A DNA stretch of 64,000 bases from an uncultured Nitrospiraceae bacterium (GTDB taxonomy: Bacteria > Nitrospirota > Nitrospiria > Nitrospirales > Nitrospiraceae). The stretch is taken from positions 640,001-704,000 of the forward strand of contig CAVPLT010000004.1 of NCBI GenBank assembly GCA_963706325.1, written 5' to 3'. The position numbers and the translations under genes were made by a program. Below, in pieces: positions 10,322-21,427 of this stretch. A model generated the notes under the pieces. It was not told the origin of the DNA and did not search any database. It saw nothing but the letters and a program-made list of their open reading frames with translations. Position 1 is the first letter of the stretch; each line of letters starts with the position of its first letter.

Positions 10322-10443
10322 CAGGGCGTTCAAAAAGGCCGGCCAGCGAGGCCGCAGCAAATGAAGGCTTGAGGCGTACCCTTGCGGTACGTTGAGGGCT
10401 TGAATGATGCGAGAACGTTGCTGGCGGTTTTTTTAACGCCCTG
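10322..10443. repeat. MITE/REP-like intergenic element with terminal inverted repeats
   Basis: ends CAGGGCGTTCAAAAAGGCCGGCCAGC / GCTGGCGGTTTTTTTAACGCCCTG, internal hairpin CGTACC-CTTGC-GGTACG; sits between convergent genes. Confidence 0.8.
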
Positions 10444-10896
10444 TTACGGGTGGCCCTTCGGCTTGACCATCTCAGGTGTCGCAGGAAGCGGCAAGCGCAC
10501 ATCCGATCCCGAAAAATGTCCACCGATCAGCTTCCCTTCCTCAAAATACAGATAGCGGTGTTTGACCACCGCCGGACTTTCCCAATCCTCGAAAATCCAT
10601 TCTTCACGCCGCAAGCCGTCGCTGGTGTGCGTGACATTCATCGTATTTGGGGAGCCCCAGGCCTCCAGAACCTGTTTGCGATCCATCCCTACCATCACGC
10701 GATGGCTTTCGATGTGTTTGGAAAAGTCGGGGTCCAGCCAGCCGGGCACGAAGCGAAAGGCGATCAGGCTGACGAGAAAGAGTGCCAGGAACGCGTAGAT
10801 AATGATCCGCACCGGCCGTTGACGGATAAAGGGCGTGGGTTCCGCATTCGGAGGCAGGGGGGCGATGGGAGTGACAGTGGTGGTCTGATCAGTCAC
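10444..10896 (-). CDS. membrane-anchored hypothetical protein (SmpA/BamE-like motif)
   Basis: one TM segment then VGMDRKQVLEAWGSP...EEWIF...YLYFEEGKL. Confidence 0.7.
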   Translation of the reverse strand: MTDQTTTVTPIAPLPPNAEPTPFIRQRPVRIIIYAFLALFLVSLIAFRFVPGWLDPDFSKHIESHRVMVGMDRKQVLEAWGSPNTMNVTHTSDGLRREEWIFEDWESPAVVKHRYLYFEEGKLIGGHFSGSDVRLPLPATPEMVKPKGHP

Positions 10897-11069
10897 AAAT
10901 ATCCTTCCGTCAGGCAGCTGTCGAGGAGAGCATGCACCGGCTTGCATGCTAAACAATCGTTTTTCAGTCCGTCAAGGGACCCAAATTGCTCGCCGCGCAA
11001 GCATTTGATGAATCTGGACTGGTGGTCAGACCTGCTATGCTTAAGCGAGCATGGGTGACGGGGGTGCCT

Positions 11070-11720
11070 ATGGAACAGACAATGCGTAATAAGGGACGAC
11101 GCGCGACTTGGTTCATGGCTGGTTTCTGGTTGATATGGTATGCCGGGATTGTCGTAGAGGCAGGAAGCCTGTACGTCTACACGGATGCGCAGGGACAAGC
11201 CGTACTGACCGATAATGTGCAGCAGGTGCCGGTTGAATTTCGGGGGCGACTCAGGACAGTGACCAGCGGGGAGGCGCCGGCAGCCAGTGTAATGACATCG
11301 GCCTCCGAATTAACGCTGAGCGGCCCCTTGCCCGCCTTGAGTGCGTTGGAACGAATTCTTCACGCCATTGCTCAGAGGGTCCATCCAATTGGAGGGCTCA
11401 CCGCCCATCAAACCGCCGTGGTCATCATGACGGGGGCCTGTTGGATGGGGTTGCTGGCGTTGATGTTTCTCAGCGCTAATCCGGCCCTCCGAATTCTCGC
11501 CAAGTGCTCACTGGTTTTGGTCAGCTTGGCGGCTGTCTACCAACTCACTATCGGGGACGTTTCACAAGCTCGAACGGTTGCCGGATCCGCTCCGCAGGCG
11601 TCCGGGCAAGCGATGGACACCATCATGGGCCAGATGAAAACGAAGACCGAGCAGAATTATCGCCTACAAGACGAACGAAACACCCGCCAGCTGGACCAAG
11701 CTGAACCGCTGACCCCATAA
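11070..11720 (+). CDS. DUF4124-like membrane protein
   Basis: signal peptide, LYVYTDAQGQAVLTD motif, two TM segments. Confidence 0.65.
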   Translation: MEQTMRNKGRRATWFMAGFWLIWYAGIVVEAGSLYVYTDAQGQAVLTDNVQQVPVEFRGRLRTVTSGEAPAASVMTSASELTLSGPLPALSALERILHAIAQRVHPIGGLTAHQTAVVIMTGACWMGLLALMFLSANPALRILAKCSLVLVSLAAVYQLTIGDVSQARTVAGSAPQASGQAMDTIMGQMKTKTEQNYRLQDERNTRQLDQAEPLTP

Positions 11721-11726
11721 CGTGGA

Positions 11727-12506
11727 CTAGTCTGCGTATTTGGGAACCGGGATTTTTTTAATTGCCGGCGGAGGTGGAGCTTGTTGCGCAAAGGCTTTCG
11801 AATAGGGGTTAAGGATGGGGTCATGCGTATTGCGTTGGCGCATCTTGACGAGCGGGAGACTCTGGGTGCTGATCTCCATTCGATCGATGAGCGCCTTCGA
11901 CGTCAATGGATCTGGTAACCCCTGTAGCGTGAACATCTGAAACGCGAGCGACCAGTCGAGCGCCTCTTTCCCCTTTTCCCTCACAATAAAGCGTGCATCT
12001 GCAGAGGGAGTTCCGGTAAAGAATAACAACATGATGTTGGATCGAAAGACCGGCGCAGCATCGTCCTCGGACGGCTTGAATTCCGGGACGAAGTCGGGAA
12101 CCTTGCTCAGCGGCACCGAAGGTGTGAATTCGACGTCTACGAGACGAACGAAGAGGGGACGTTGCTCGCTTTGGTCGTTCCGATCGAACGTGTAGCTGAA
12201 GGAATACCGCACATCGACGCCGTCACGTTTAAAGGTATAGACATCTTCCCCGTTTTCAGGCGAAACCACCTTCTTGAAGTACTGATCCCAATCTCCGATC
12301 GGGTAGTACGTGAAGACCCGCAGGGCGGCCTTGCGGTCTCGCACAGCCTGTGGGAGACCAAGTTTTTCGTGCAATTCCGTTTGCGTCAGTCCGAGATACC
12401 CATCGTCAAAATAGGGTCCGGCCCAGGTGAGATCACTCCCAGCCCGCAAGAAGCTCGCGCAAAGACACATCGCTAGGAGGAGGCGGGTGACTGTCTGATA
12501 CGCCAT
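11727..12506 (-). CDS. hypothetical exported protein
   Basis: long ORF with signal-peptide-like start MAYQTVTRLLLAMCLCA. Confidence 0.75.
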   Translation of the reverse strand: MAYQTVTRLLLAMCLCASFLRAGSDLTWAGPYFDDGYLGLTQTELHEKLGLPQAVRDRKAALRVFTYYPIGDWDQYFKKVVSPENGEDVYTFKRDGVDVRYSFSYTFDRNDQSEQRPLFVRLVDVEFTPSVPLSKVPDFVPEFKPSEDDAAPVFRSNIMLLFFTGTPSADARFIVREKGKEALDWSLAFQMFTLQGLPDPLTSKALIDRMEISTQSLPLVKMRQRNTHDPILNPYSKAFAQQAPPPPAIKKIPVPKYAD

Positions 12507-12695
12507 AGGTATCCACTCACGCTCAAGCCAGACACAATGGGCATCGTATCGGCCAGGGTAGTCGATGTCAAGGCACGGAACCAGCAAAGGCTTGCTGTAA
12601 AAAGTCCCTTCCCGATATGATGGCCGCTTGCTTGTGAATCATGGAAGCAGTACGCCCTAGACCTGACACTCGGTAACAGAAAGACATAGGTAATC

Positions 12696-15600
12696 ATGCC
12701 GGAAGCACATATTCGCGACTTACTTCGAGAGCGGATTCTGATGTTAGATGGGGCCATGGGCACCATGATCCAGCGGTATAAGCTGGATGAGGCCGCGTTT
12801 CGCGGAGAACGCTTCAAAGATTGGACGAAGGATCTTAAGGGCCATAACGATCTCTTGAACGTCACCCAACCCGCCGTCATCGAAGAGATCCATCGGCAGT
12901 ATTTCGAGGCCGGAGCGGATATCGTCGAGACCAATACGTTCAACTCTCAATCCGTGTCGCTGGCTGACTACGGTATGGACGACCTCGGGTACGAGCTCTC
13001 CAAAGCCGGGGCCGAATGCGCTCGGCGCGCCATGGCGCAAGTGTTGGCAAAACAGCCGGCACGACGTTGCTTTGTCGCCGGTGCGATCGGCCCGACGACC
13101 AAGACTGCCTCTGTGTCGACAGATTCCAATGACGCGGCGTCCCGTGGCACGACCTATCCCGAATTGGTCCGTGCCTATAGCGACCAGGTGCGCGGTCTGC
13201 TCGACGGTGGCGTCGATCTCCTGCTCGTCGAGACCATCTTCGATACCTTGAACGCCAAGGCGGCATTTTTTGCGATTCAACAACTGTTCGCCGAAGGAGC
13301 GCGGCAGGTGCCGATCATGGCCTCCGTGACCTTCATCCAGGCCGGCAGCAATCGCGGCTTTTCCGGGCAGACGGTCGAAGGATTCTGGAATTCCATTTCG
13401 CATGTCCCCTTGCTCAGCGTGGGGATGAACTGCGCACTGGGGCCCAAGGAAATGCGGCCATTGATCGAAGAGCTCTCGAAGATTGCGCCGATTTATGTGA
13501 GCAGCCATCCGAATGCCGGATTGCCCAATCCATTGTTACCAACCGGTTTTCCTGAGACGCCCGAGTCGCTGGCGCCGCAGTTGCGCGAGTGGGCCGACAA
13601 CGGGTGGTTGAACATTGTCGGCGGTTGTTGCGGAACGACACCGGACCATATCCGGGCGATTGCCGACGCGGTGCGAGGGCTGACTCCACGGCAATCTTCC
13701 ACAGTTGAACCATTCTTGCGACTGAGCGGTCTCGAAGCGTTGACTGTGCGGCCTGAGTCCAATTTCGTGAACATCGGTGAACGGACCAACATCACCGGAT
13801 CGCCTGCCTTTTCGAAGCTGATCCTGGCCGGCGATTACGACAAGGCCTTGACCGTGGCCCGTCAGCAGGCCGAAGGCGGGGCACAAATTATTGACATCAA
13901 CATGGATGAAGGGATGCTGGATTCCAAGGCGGCCATGGAAAAGTTCCTGCGCCTCCTGGCGGCCGAGTCGGACATTGCCCGCGTACCGATCATGGTGGAC
14001 AGTTCGAAATGGGAGGTTATCGAAACCGGCCTCCAGAATCTGCAAGGCAAGGGGATCGTCAACTCGATCAGTCTGAAGGAAGGTGTGGCGAAGTTTCTCG
14101 AGCAGGCGCGACTCATTCGCCGTTACGGGGCAGCCATGGTGGTCATGGCGTTCGATGAGCGCGGACAGGCCGATTCGGTCGCTCGACGCATCGAGATCTG
14201 CGAGCGCTCATACCGCCTGCTCATCGACCAAGTCGGCGTGCCGCCGCAGGACATCATTTTCGATCCGAACATCCTGACTGTCGCAACCGGACTCGAGGAG
14301 CACAATAATTACGCGGTCGACTTTATTGAAGCGACGAGGTGGATCAAGCAGCATTTGCCGTTGGCCAAGGTCAGCGGCGGTGTCAGCAATATCTCCTTCT
14401 CGTTCCGCGGCAATAATGTCGTGCGTGAAGCCATGCATGCGGCGTTTCTGTACCACGCGATTCAGGCGGGCCTCGACATGGGTATCGTCAATGCCGGGCA
14501 GTTGGCCGTCTACGAAGAAGTCCCCAAGGATCTGCTGGCGCTCGTTGAGGATGTGCTGTTGAACCGCCGACCGGATGCCACCGAACGGCTGGTCACTTTT
14601 GCCGAAACGGTTAAGCAGAAGGGGAAGGCGGTCATTAAAGACGACGAATGGCGGACTCGACCGGTGGAGGAACGCCTGGCGCACGCGCTCGTGAAGGGAT
14701 TGACGGATTATATCGATCAGGATGTGGAGGAGGCGAGACAGAAGACGGCCAGACCGCTCGACGTCATCGAGGGTCCCCTGATGGCTGGAATGAATGTAGT
14801 CGGCGATCTGTTCGGATCGGGAAAGATGTTTTTGCCTCAAGTGGTGAAGAGCGCCAGAGTGATGAAGAAGGCCGTGGCGTACCTCATGCCGTTCATGGAA
14901 GCCGAGAAGCAGCGCTTGGGCACCTCCCGCGCGAATGGAAAGGTCCTGCTCGCAACCGTCAAGGGTGATGTGCACGATATCGGCAAGAACATCGTGGGGG
15001 TCGTGCTGGGATGCAACAATTATGATGTGATCGATCTTGGCGTCATGGTGTCGTGCGAGAAAATCCTGGCCACGGCCCGCGAGCAACAGGTGGACATCGT
15101 CGGATTGAGCGGATTGATCACTCCCTCGTTGGACGAGATGGTCCATGTAGCCAAGGAGATGACGCGGCAGGGATTCGAGCTTCCCCTGTTGATCGGCGGC
15201 GCGACGACCAGCAAGGCCCACACCGCCGTTAAAATCGCGCCCTCCTATCGCCACGCCACCGTGCATGTGCTGGACGCATCACGCGCCGTCGGTGTCGTCG
15301 GCAGTCTGATCAACGAGCAGCAGCGGGAGAGCTTTGCCGACACCGTCCGCGCCGATTACGATCGGGTCCGCCAGGCGCATCAAGACCGTGGGCCGAAAAT
15401 CCTCCGCAGCCTGGAAGAATCACGGAAGCATCGGCTGTCCACCGACTGGGCGACCGTCGATATTCCCACCCCCTCGTTTACAGGCGTACGTACCATCGAT
15501 CGGCTGCCATTGCGTGAGTTGGTGCCGTACATCGATTGGTCGCCCTTCTTCCACACTTGGGAACTACGGGGCCGTTATCCCGGCATTTTTGAGGACGCCA

Positions 15601-16379
15601 CGGTGGGGCCAAAGGCCAAGGAACTGTTCGAGGACGCGCAGGCGTTGCTGGAGGAGATCATCCGTGGCGAGTTGTTGACCGCGCGCGGGGTGTACGGATT
15701 CTTTCCGGCCAATAGCGTGGGGGATGATATCGAATTGTACCGCGGTCAAGAACGTCGGGACGTCCAGGCGCGGTTCCATACGCTTCGGCAGCAGATGGAG
15801 AAGCCTGCCGACCAATACAACTTAGCCCTGGCGGATTTCATCGCACCGAAGGAGTCTCGCCGAGCAGATTATATCGGGGCGTTTGCGGTCACGGCCGGTA
15901 TTGGTGTTGAGGCGCTGTGTGCGAAGTACGAGAAGGATCACGACGACTACAACTCTATTATGACCAAGGCGCTGGCGGACCGGCTGGCGGAAGCGTTTGC
16001 CGAATGGCTACACAAACAGGTTCGAGGTGAGTGGGGGTATGGAACGACCGAAACGCTCACGCTGGAGGACATGATCCGGGAACGGTATCGCGGTATTCGG
16101 CCGGCTCCCGGTTATCCAGCTTGTCCGGATCACACTGAGAAGCGGACGCTGTTCGATTTATTGGGCGCCGAGGCAGCATCCGGGGTGACGTTGACGGAAT
16201 CATTCGCGATGTTGCCGGCGGCGTCTGTTAGTGGACTCTATTTCGCACATCCGCAGGCGAGGTATTTTGCGGTGGGGAAGATCAATCGTGACCAGGTGGA
16301 GGAGTATGCGACCCGTAAGCAATTGCCTGTGAGCGAAATCGAGCGGTGGCTGGCGCCTAACCTGAATTACGACACATAG
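12696..16379 (+). CDS. metH: B12-dependent methionine synthase
   Basis: [28 protein letters not shown] cobalamin motif, [12 protein letters not shown]; 1227 aa. Confidence 0.99.
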   Translation: MPEAHIRDLLRERILMLDGAMGTMIQRYKLDEAAFRGERFKDWTKDLKGHNDLLNVTQPAVIEEIHRQYFEAGADIVETNTFNSQSVSLADYGMDDLGYELSKAGAECARRAMAQVLAKQPARRCFVAGAIGPTTKTASVSTDSNDAASRGTTYPELVRAYSDQVRGLLDGGVDLLLVETIFDTLNAKAAFFAIQQLFAEGARQVPIMASVTFIQAGSNRGFSGQTVEGFWNSISHVPLLSVGMNCALGPKEMRPLIEELSKIAPIYVSSHPNAGLPNPLLPTGFPETPESLAPQLREWADNGWLNIVGGCCGTTPDHIRAIADAVRGLTPRQSSTVEPFLRLSGLEALTVRPESNFVNIGERTNITGSPAFSKLILAGDYDKALTVARQQAEGGAQIIDINMDEGMLDSKAAMEKFLRLLAAESDIARVPIMVDSSKWEVIETGLQNLQGKGIVNSISLKEGVAKFLEQARLIRRYGAAMVVMAFDERGQADSVARRIEICERSYRLLIDQVGVPPQDIIFDPNILTVATGLEEHNNYAVDFIEATRWIKQHLPLAKVSGGVSNISFSFRGNNVVREAMHAAFLYHAIQAGLDMGIVNAGQLAVYEEVPKDLLALVEDVLLNRRPDATERLVTFAETVKQKGKAVIKDDEWRTRPVEERLAHALVKGLTDYIDQDVEEARQKTARPLDVIEGPLMAGMNVVGDLFGSGKMFLPQVVKSARVMKKAVAYLMPFMEAEKQRLGTSRANGKVLLATVKGDVHDIGKNIVGVVLGCNNYDVIDLGVMVSCEKILATAREQQVDIVGLSGLITPSLDEMVHVAKEMTRQGFELPLLIGGATTSKAHTAVKIAPSYRHATVHVLDASRAVGVVGSLINEQQRESFADTVRADYDRVRQAHQDRGPKILRSLEESRKHRLSTDWATVDIPTPSFTGVRTIDRLPLRELVPYIDWSPFFHTWELRGRYPGIFEDATVGPKAKELFEDAQALLEEIIRGELLTARGVYGFFPANSVGDDIELYRGQERRDVQARFHTLRQQMEKPADQYNLALADFIAPKESRRADYIGAFAVTAGIGVEALCAKYEKDHDDYNSIMTKALADRLAEAFAEWLHKQVRGEWGYGTTETLTLEDMIRERYRGIRPAPGYPACPDHTEKRTLFDLLGAEAASGVTLTESFAMLPAASVSGLYFAHPQARYFAVGKINRDQVEEYATRKQLPVSEIERWLAPNLNYDT

Positions 16380-16474
16380 GTTTCGAGTGTCGCTGGTGAG
16401 CCTGTCATGGCTGCGTCCTGTTGAACGAGAAGATTACGAGCGATGGTGGAGGAGCCTTGATTTAATCGAAACCG

Positions 16475-16972
16475 TCAATTCTTAACGGCTTCGAGGGCTA
16501 CAGGAATGTCAGGGATGGTGGCTCCTGAGAGAACGTTCGCGAGCGAAGATTTGATCCGGCTGTAACGTTCTTCCGCCCAGACATTGAATGCATCCGAGTT
16601 CTCAAACACCAACTCCCAGGCCTTGGCCGCATCCAATAGTAAGAGTTGATGCGGCTGATTCTTGTCGGGGATATACACGACCAGCACGGCGGAGTTGCCG
16701 GTGAGGCTGATGTCGGTGAAGACATGGATCATGGCTGCCGAGGGAAGGGCCGTGTCACGTGTGGCTGCCTCGACGAGCGGTTTGTAGAGACAATGAAGCA
16801 AATGCGCCGTGTCTTCGTGGGGACTCCCGGTTCGTAACAGACGGGGATTGGGCTTGTCTCCGAATAGATTGTCCGTGAGATAGGTTGCCGCTTCCCAGGT
16901 GGGCATCAGGCCGGATGAGGCGAGATTTTCACAGAGATACGCAATCCAATTCCGTGAACGATGTGCCTTCAT
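16475..16972 (-). CDS. hypothetical protein
   Basis: ATGA-coupled to the HD-GYP regulator. Confidence 0.7.
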   Translation of the reverse strand: MKAHRSRNWIAYLCENLASSGLMPTWEAATYLTDNLFGDKPNPRLLRTGSPHEDTAHLLHCLYKPLVEAATRDTALPSAAMIHVFTDISLTGNSAVLVVYIPDKNQPHQLLLLDAAKAWELVFENSDAFNVWAEERYSRIKSSLANVLSGATIPDIPVALEAVKN

Positions 16973-18144
16973 AACTCATTCAATTCCTGAGTTGACTGAC
17001 GGGCCCGAGTGGAGGAATACCACTTTGGGTCTGCAAATTGGTCATAAATACGTTTGATATCGTCCATCGAATTGAAGAATATATCAAGAAGGTCGGGGTC
17101 GAAATGCTTGCCGCGTTCTCTCAGCATCAGATCTTTGGCATGGTCGAACTCATACGCCGGCTTGTAGACCCGCTGAGTCGTGAGAGCATCGAAATTGTCG
17201 GCAATGGCGGTGATCCGTCCTTCTAGTGGAATGGCTTCTCCAGCCAATCCGCGTGGGTAGCCTGTTCCATCATAACGTTCATGGTGGGTCCAGGCGATGA
17301 CGGCGGCCACTTTCAACAGCTCCGAATCAGAACCAGCCAAAATACGATAGCCGATTTCCGTATGCTGGGTGATCACCTTGAACTCCTCCGGCGTAAATTT
17401 CCCGGGCTTCAAGAGCACATGGTCCGGAGTGCCGATTTTGCCGATGTCGTGCATGGGGCTGGCCGTGCGGATCAAATCGCAACGATCGGGCGCCAAGCCG
17501 TAGCGACGGGCGAGGAGTTCACAATAGTGGCTCATCCGTTGGATGTGCTGTGCCGTCGAGCTGTCCCGATATTCCGCGGCGATGGCGAGGCGCTGAATGG
17601 TTTCTTCGCGCGAGAGGCGCAATTCTTTTTCACTGCGTTCCAGCCATTCGAGTGCCTGTTGCAGGGCAATCGTTCTGGTCCGGACAACTTCTTCGAGATT
17701 CTCCCGATGCATGGCATTTTCAATTTCCAGCTTGCGCCGTCGTAACGCATTGGCCACGTTGATGAGGACCTCGTTGGCCTCGAAGGGCTTGATCACATAG
17801 CCGAAGGCCCCCATGTCCAGGGCCGCATTGGCGAGAACAGGGCTATCCAGCCCCGTGACCATGATGACAGCCGTGGTGGGGTACTGAACGAGAATGTGGC
17901 GCACGAGGTCCATGCCGGACTCGCCCGGCATATTCACGTCGCACAAAACGAGGGCGTAGGATCCTTTTTCCATTCGCTGGCGAGCTTCGCGGGATTCACC
18001 GGCCAAGGTGACATGGTACCCATGGGGTTCGAGCAGATAGCCCAGCAGGCGACGAATGGGCTCTTCATCGTCTACGATCAAGATATTGCGGTTGTCGAGC
18101 AACGACGGTTGGCTGGTTTCCTCTGTGACAGACTGGATACTCAT
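16969..18144 (-). CDS. response regulator with HD-GYP c-di-GMP phosphodiesterase domain (RpfG-like)
   Basis: REC domain; HDIGKIG, HHERYDGTGYP, ADNFDAL. Confidence 0.93.
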   Translation of the reverse strand: MSIQSVTEETSQPSLLDNRNILIVDDEEPIRRLLGYLLEPHGYHVTLAGESREARQRMEKGSYALVLCDVNMPGESGMDLVRHILVQYPTTAVIMVTGLDSPVLANAALDMGAFGYVIKPFEANEVLINVANALRRRKLEIENAMHRENLEEVVRTRTIALQQALEWLERSEKELRLSREETIQRLAIAAEYRDSSTAQHIQRMSHYCELLARRYGLAPDRCDLIRTASPMHDIGKIGTPDHVLLKPGKFTPEEFKVITQHTEIGYRILAGSDSELLKVAAVIAWTHHERYDGTGYPRGLAGEAIPLEGRITAIADNFDALTTQRVYKPAYEFDHAKDLMLRERGKHFDPDLLDIFFNSMDDIKRIYDQFADPKWYSSTRARQSTQELNEL

Positions 18145-18537
18145 AGAAAGTCGCCCATTAGGTTTAACTGCTCAGATGGCATAAGGCTAGGATCAGTATC
18201 GGCCACATGGGTAAAAGTCTGAAGCATATCGTGGAGCCGTCGAGGAGTGCACCTTCTATGCCATTCTTTTGTCGTCTCGGGGGCCTGTGGGCTTTCCTTG
18301 CGCGCCCCAATGATGCTGAAACGCCGTTGATTTGACTAGATTCTGTTAGCACCAGGTCGGCCGGTTTCTGGGCTTAGGGCCCGGCTGGGTCGTCAACTCT
18401 GACGCTCATCCCGTTGAGCGTCAGAGTTAGGGGGGTGTAGGGCATCACTCATCTCAATGATGGATTATACATTGGTAGCCGGTGAAGGCCAGTCGAAACG
18501 CAGCTTCTGAAATCGTGCCGAAACTGTCTCATGTGAT

Positions 18538-18566
18538 TTGCTCTTTGCAGCCCCGTTTACTATAAT
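18538..18566 (+). promoter_or_regulatory. sigma70 promoter of the rph-rdgB-(tRNA) operon
   Basis: TTGCTC-17 nt-TATAAT. Confidence 0.7.
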
Positions 18567-18607
18567 CCGCTCCTTTAGATTTAATGTCGAGGAAGGGGTG
18601 CGACTTA

Positions 18608-19351
18608 ATGGCGAGTGGAGCGGGGTTGGGTCGGATCGATGGGCGACGGCGGGATCAAATCCGGCCGGTCAAGGTGACACGAAATTTTACGAAACATGCC
18701 GAAGGATCCGTCTTGATCGAAATGGGGGACACGAAGGTCATCTGCACGGCTTCCGTTGAAGAAAAGGTTCCCCCTTTTCTGAAAGGGAAGGGGAGCGGGT
18801 GGGTCACGGCTGAATATGCCATGCTGCCACGGGCCACACATGATCGCTCGCCACGGGAAGCAGTCAAGGGCAAGCAGGGCGGGCGAACATTGGAGATTCA
18901 ACGTCTGGTCGGACGTGCCTTACGCGCGGTCATCGACACGACGCGGCTGGGGGAGCGGACCATATGGATCGATTGCGACGTCATTCAAGCTGACGGTGGT
19001 ACCCGTACGGCTTCAATTACCGGAGCTTTTATTGCTTTGGCGGATGCGATGACTGTCTTGAAAAAGAAAGACCTTGTGAAGAAGAATCCCCTCACCGAAT
19101 ACCTGGCGGCAATCAGTATTGGAAAAGTCGGCGGTCAAGTATTGGTAGACTTGGCGTATGAGGAAGACTCGCACGCTGAGGTGGACTTGAATCTGGTGAT
19201 GACCGGCGCGGGACAGTATGTCGAGGTGCAGGGTACGGCTGAGCGGACTCCCTTCAATAAGCGGGACATGGATGAGTTTCTCGACCTCGGGTGGGGGGCA
19301 ATCCGCGAACTGGTCGAGTTGCAGAAATCATTGATTGGCTCACTTGGCTGA
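18608..19351 (+). CDS. rph: ribonuclease PH
   Basis: [43 protein letters not shown]. Confidence 0.98.
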   Translation: MASGAGLGRIDGRRRDQIRPVKVTRNFTKHAEGSVLIEMGDTKVICTASVEEKVPPFLKGKGSGWVTAEYAMLPRATHDRSPREAVKGKQGGRTLEIQRLVGRALRAVIDTTRLGERTIWIDCDVIQADGGTRTASITGAFIALADAMTVLKKKDLVKKNPLTEYLAAISIGKVGGQVLVDLAYEEDSHAEVDLNLVMTGAGQYVEVQGTAERTPFNKRDMDEFLDLGWGAIRELVELQKSLIGSLG

Positions 19352-19968
19352 TGACGCAGATTGTGCTCGCTACCAGAAATCATCATAAGAAGCAGGAGCT
19401 TGTCGCACTGCTTCAGGATGTAAGCGTCCCTATTCGAACGCTGGATGATTTCCCCGGGGCGCCGGATGTCGTGGAGGATGGCGACACCTGTGAAGCGAAC
19501 GCCATGAAAAAAGCCGTAGAGATTGCACGCTACACGGGATTGCCGGCGGTCGCGGATGATACCGGCCTGGAAGTCGATGCGCTAGATGGACGACCTGGGG
19601 CCTTTGCGGCTCGGTACGCGGGGGAACATGCTAGTTATGAGGACAATTGCCGAAAACTGCTCCAGGAGCTTCGTGGGATTCCGGCAACAAAGCGCAGCGC
19701 TCGATTCGTAACGGTTGCGGCCATCGCATTTCCTGCCGGCGAGACCGCATCGGTACGAGGTGTCTTGGAAGGATCGATTGCCGAAGAGGCTGCCGGTTCT
19801 CATGGGTTTGGGTATGATCCGATTTTCATCGTACCGGAATATCAGCAAACGTTGGCTCAACTGCCGCCTGACGTGAAAAACAGTATCAGTCACCGTGCCC
19901 GTGCCTTTAGCGAGGTGAAGAGACTATTGACGCAGATGATGGCAGAACGGAGCTCAGTCGGGGCGTAG
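19351..19968 (+). CDS. rdgB: non-canonical purine NTP pyrophosphatase (dITP/XTP, Ham1 family)
   Basis: LATRN..K, ADDTGLEV, GFGYDPIF, KNSISHR. Confidence 0.96.
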   Translation: MTQIVLATRNHHKKQELVALLQDVSVPIRTLDDFPGAPDVVEDGDTCEANAMKKAVEIARYTGLPAVADDTGLEVDALDGRPGAFAARYAGEHASYEDNCRKLLQELRGIPATKRSARFVTVAAIAFPAGETASVRGVLEGSIAEEAAGSHGFGYDPIFIVPEYQQTLAQLPPDVKNSISHRARAFSEVKRLLTQMMAERSSVGA

Positions 19969-19997
19969 CGCAACTCGGTAGCGCGCCTGCTTTGGGA
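19954..19997 (+). repeat. displaced 5' half of tRNA-Pro (left junction of island A)
   Basis: 44-bp copy of 27825-27868 with 2 mismatches; no tRNA 3' half follows. Confidence 0.9.
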
Positions 19998-20260
19998 TCA
20001 CAGGAGACGGGGGTTACTCAAGTCACTGACGACTCGGGTAATCCCCGCGCTAGTCTTGTAGATTTGCTTCGTGGTCCTCTCAGTTCTCTCTGTTGCTCTC
20101 CTCTTGCTTTCCACCCACTTTGTCCCTCTTCCTAACACTGTAATAACACCTGTTAACACGCCCCCCGGGGGTACCCTTGGGACAATGGGCGGGGGCGTCG
20201 CCTGTGGCGGGTACCAGTACCGTGTAATCCGGTCTTATCAAAAAGCCGAGTATGCAGCTT

Positions 20261-21427
20261 TCATTGCAATGGGCACGTACCGACGCACGGAACGCTCCAA
20301 CCGTTCCTACTAAGGAACACGTCTGCTGGATTTATCTTTAGGGGTCCATTTGCAGGGTCGGGGCACTCGGCTTGCCCCGTCGGGCAGTCTTTGAAGAGGA
20401 AGTCAAACGCCTCCGTCGATGGACCGTTGCATTGGGTATCGTAGCATGTGTCCCCAATCCAGGCGGGGCCACAGCCGAAATTATTGCTCACGGGATAGTT
20501 GATGGCAGGGTTGGGGTAGCCTCTAACCATTTTGAAATAACAGCCCTCAAGATCGTTCCTTATCAGCGGAACGACGATATGCCATCGCGTTGGAGAGAGG
20601 GTCTGCCACAACCACACCGCATAGCTCATCTCCCCAGCGGTACGCATCGCCTTCTGCTGCTCATCCGTCGGCGCAGTGCCTACGATGGACGCGGCAAACG
20701 CGTTCAATTGTGACCAATCGGTGACGACCTGGTGGTGAGTATCATTGTTGCCGTTCAGCGCCGTGTTGTACATGATCGCGAGCTTGCCTTTCACTTCGCC
20801 GACCGCCAGGTTCGGGTCCGAAGGAAAGCCACCGTGCTTACCAATATAGTTCGAGACTTGGTTAAAGACATTTGAAAACACGGGCGGAAGACCGACGACC
20901 GCGCCACCGATGGCTAATCCGACCCCGAGGAACAACTGCGTCAGATTTGCGGCTATTTGGCCGGCAGGGTCCACATTCTGCAATTTGGCGGAGACCGAAT
21001 CGACATCGAAATCCGTCTCTGCAAAGATTTGCGTCAGCAGCGTCTGGCTGCCCGTGGGACCCAGTAGCCAATCATTGGCGGTTTGGACATAGCTCAGCTC
21101 GGTCCTGATTTGTGCTGCGACCGGGGTCCAGTTGGCAGCGATGCACGTCGGTGGAGGCGACAGGGCACGCAAGTTCCCTTGCAGGGTCGCAATAAGGCCG
21201 GAATCAGTCAGTTCGTCGTAGTGGCTGCGGAGGTCTGTGCCATAGGTGCCCGGCGACGTGCTGATGTTCGTGCTGAGGTACTGATAGCAGGCATTCTGAT
21301 CGCCGGGAAACGGCGGGAAACTGGGCTGGCCGGCGTGAGCGTGTCCGCCAAGCACGGTCGCAAGCATCATCACCCCTGGGAGCAGCTTCCATGTCCAGGC
21401 GCTATGTTGTCCTGAGCGCATAAGCAT
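20261..21427 (-). CDS. secreted Cys-containing hypothetical protein
   Basis: 388-aa ORF, signal peptide ending AHA, central hydrophobic Gly-rich stretch, Cys-rich C-terminus. Confidence 0.75.
   Translation of the reverse strand: MLMRSGQHSAWTWKLLPGVMMLATVLGGHAHAGQPSFPPFPGDQNACYQYLSTNISTSPGTYGTDLRSHYDELTDSGLIATLQGNLRALSPPPTCIAANWTPVAAQIRTELSYVQTANDWLLGPTGSQTLLTQIFAETDFDVDSVSAKLQNVDPAGQIAANLTQLFLGVGLAIGGAVVGLPPVFSNVFNQVSNYIGKHGGFPSDPNLAVGEVKGKLAIMYNTALNGNNDTHHQVVTDWSQLNAFAASIVGTAPTDEQQKAMRTAGEMSYAVWLWQTLSPTRWHIVVPLIRNDLEGCYFKMVRGYPNPAINYPVSNNFGCGPAWIGDTCYDTQCNGPSTEAFDFLFKDCPTGQAECPDPANGPLKINPADVFLSRNGWSVPCVGTCPLQ

Noticed and set aside
10263..10523. 86-aa ORF
   Set aside because: Translation through the inverted-repeat element and overlaps a real gene
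12507..12695. SAM or cobalamin riboswitch upstream of metH
   Set aside because: No recognisable conserved riboswitch motifs in the short intergenic region
12744..15815. Long antisense ORFs within metH (and within other GC-rich genes)
   Set aside because: Shadow ORFs produced by codon bias of the real gene
19959..20030. A second functional tRNA-Pro after rdgB
   Set aside because: Anticodon stem 3' strand is disrupted and there is no T-arm, acceptor 3' strand or CCA; it is an att fragment
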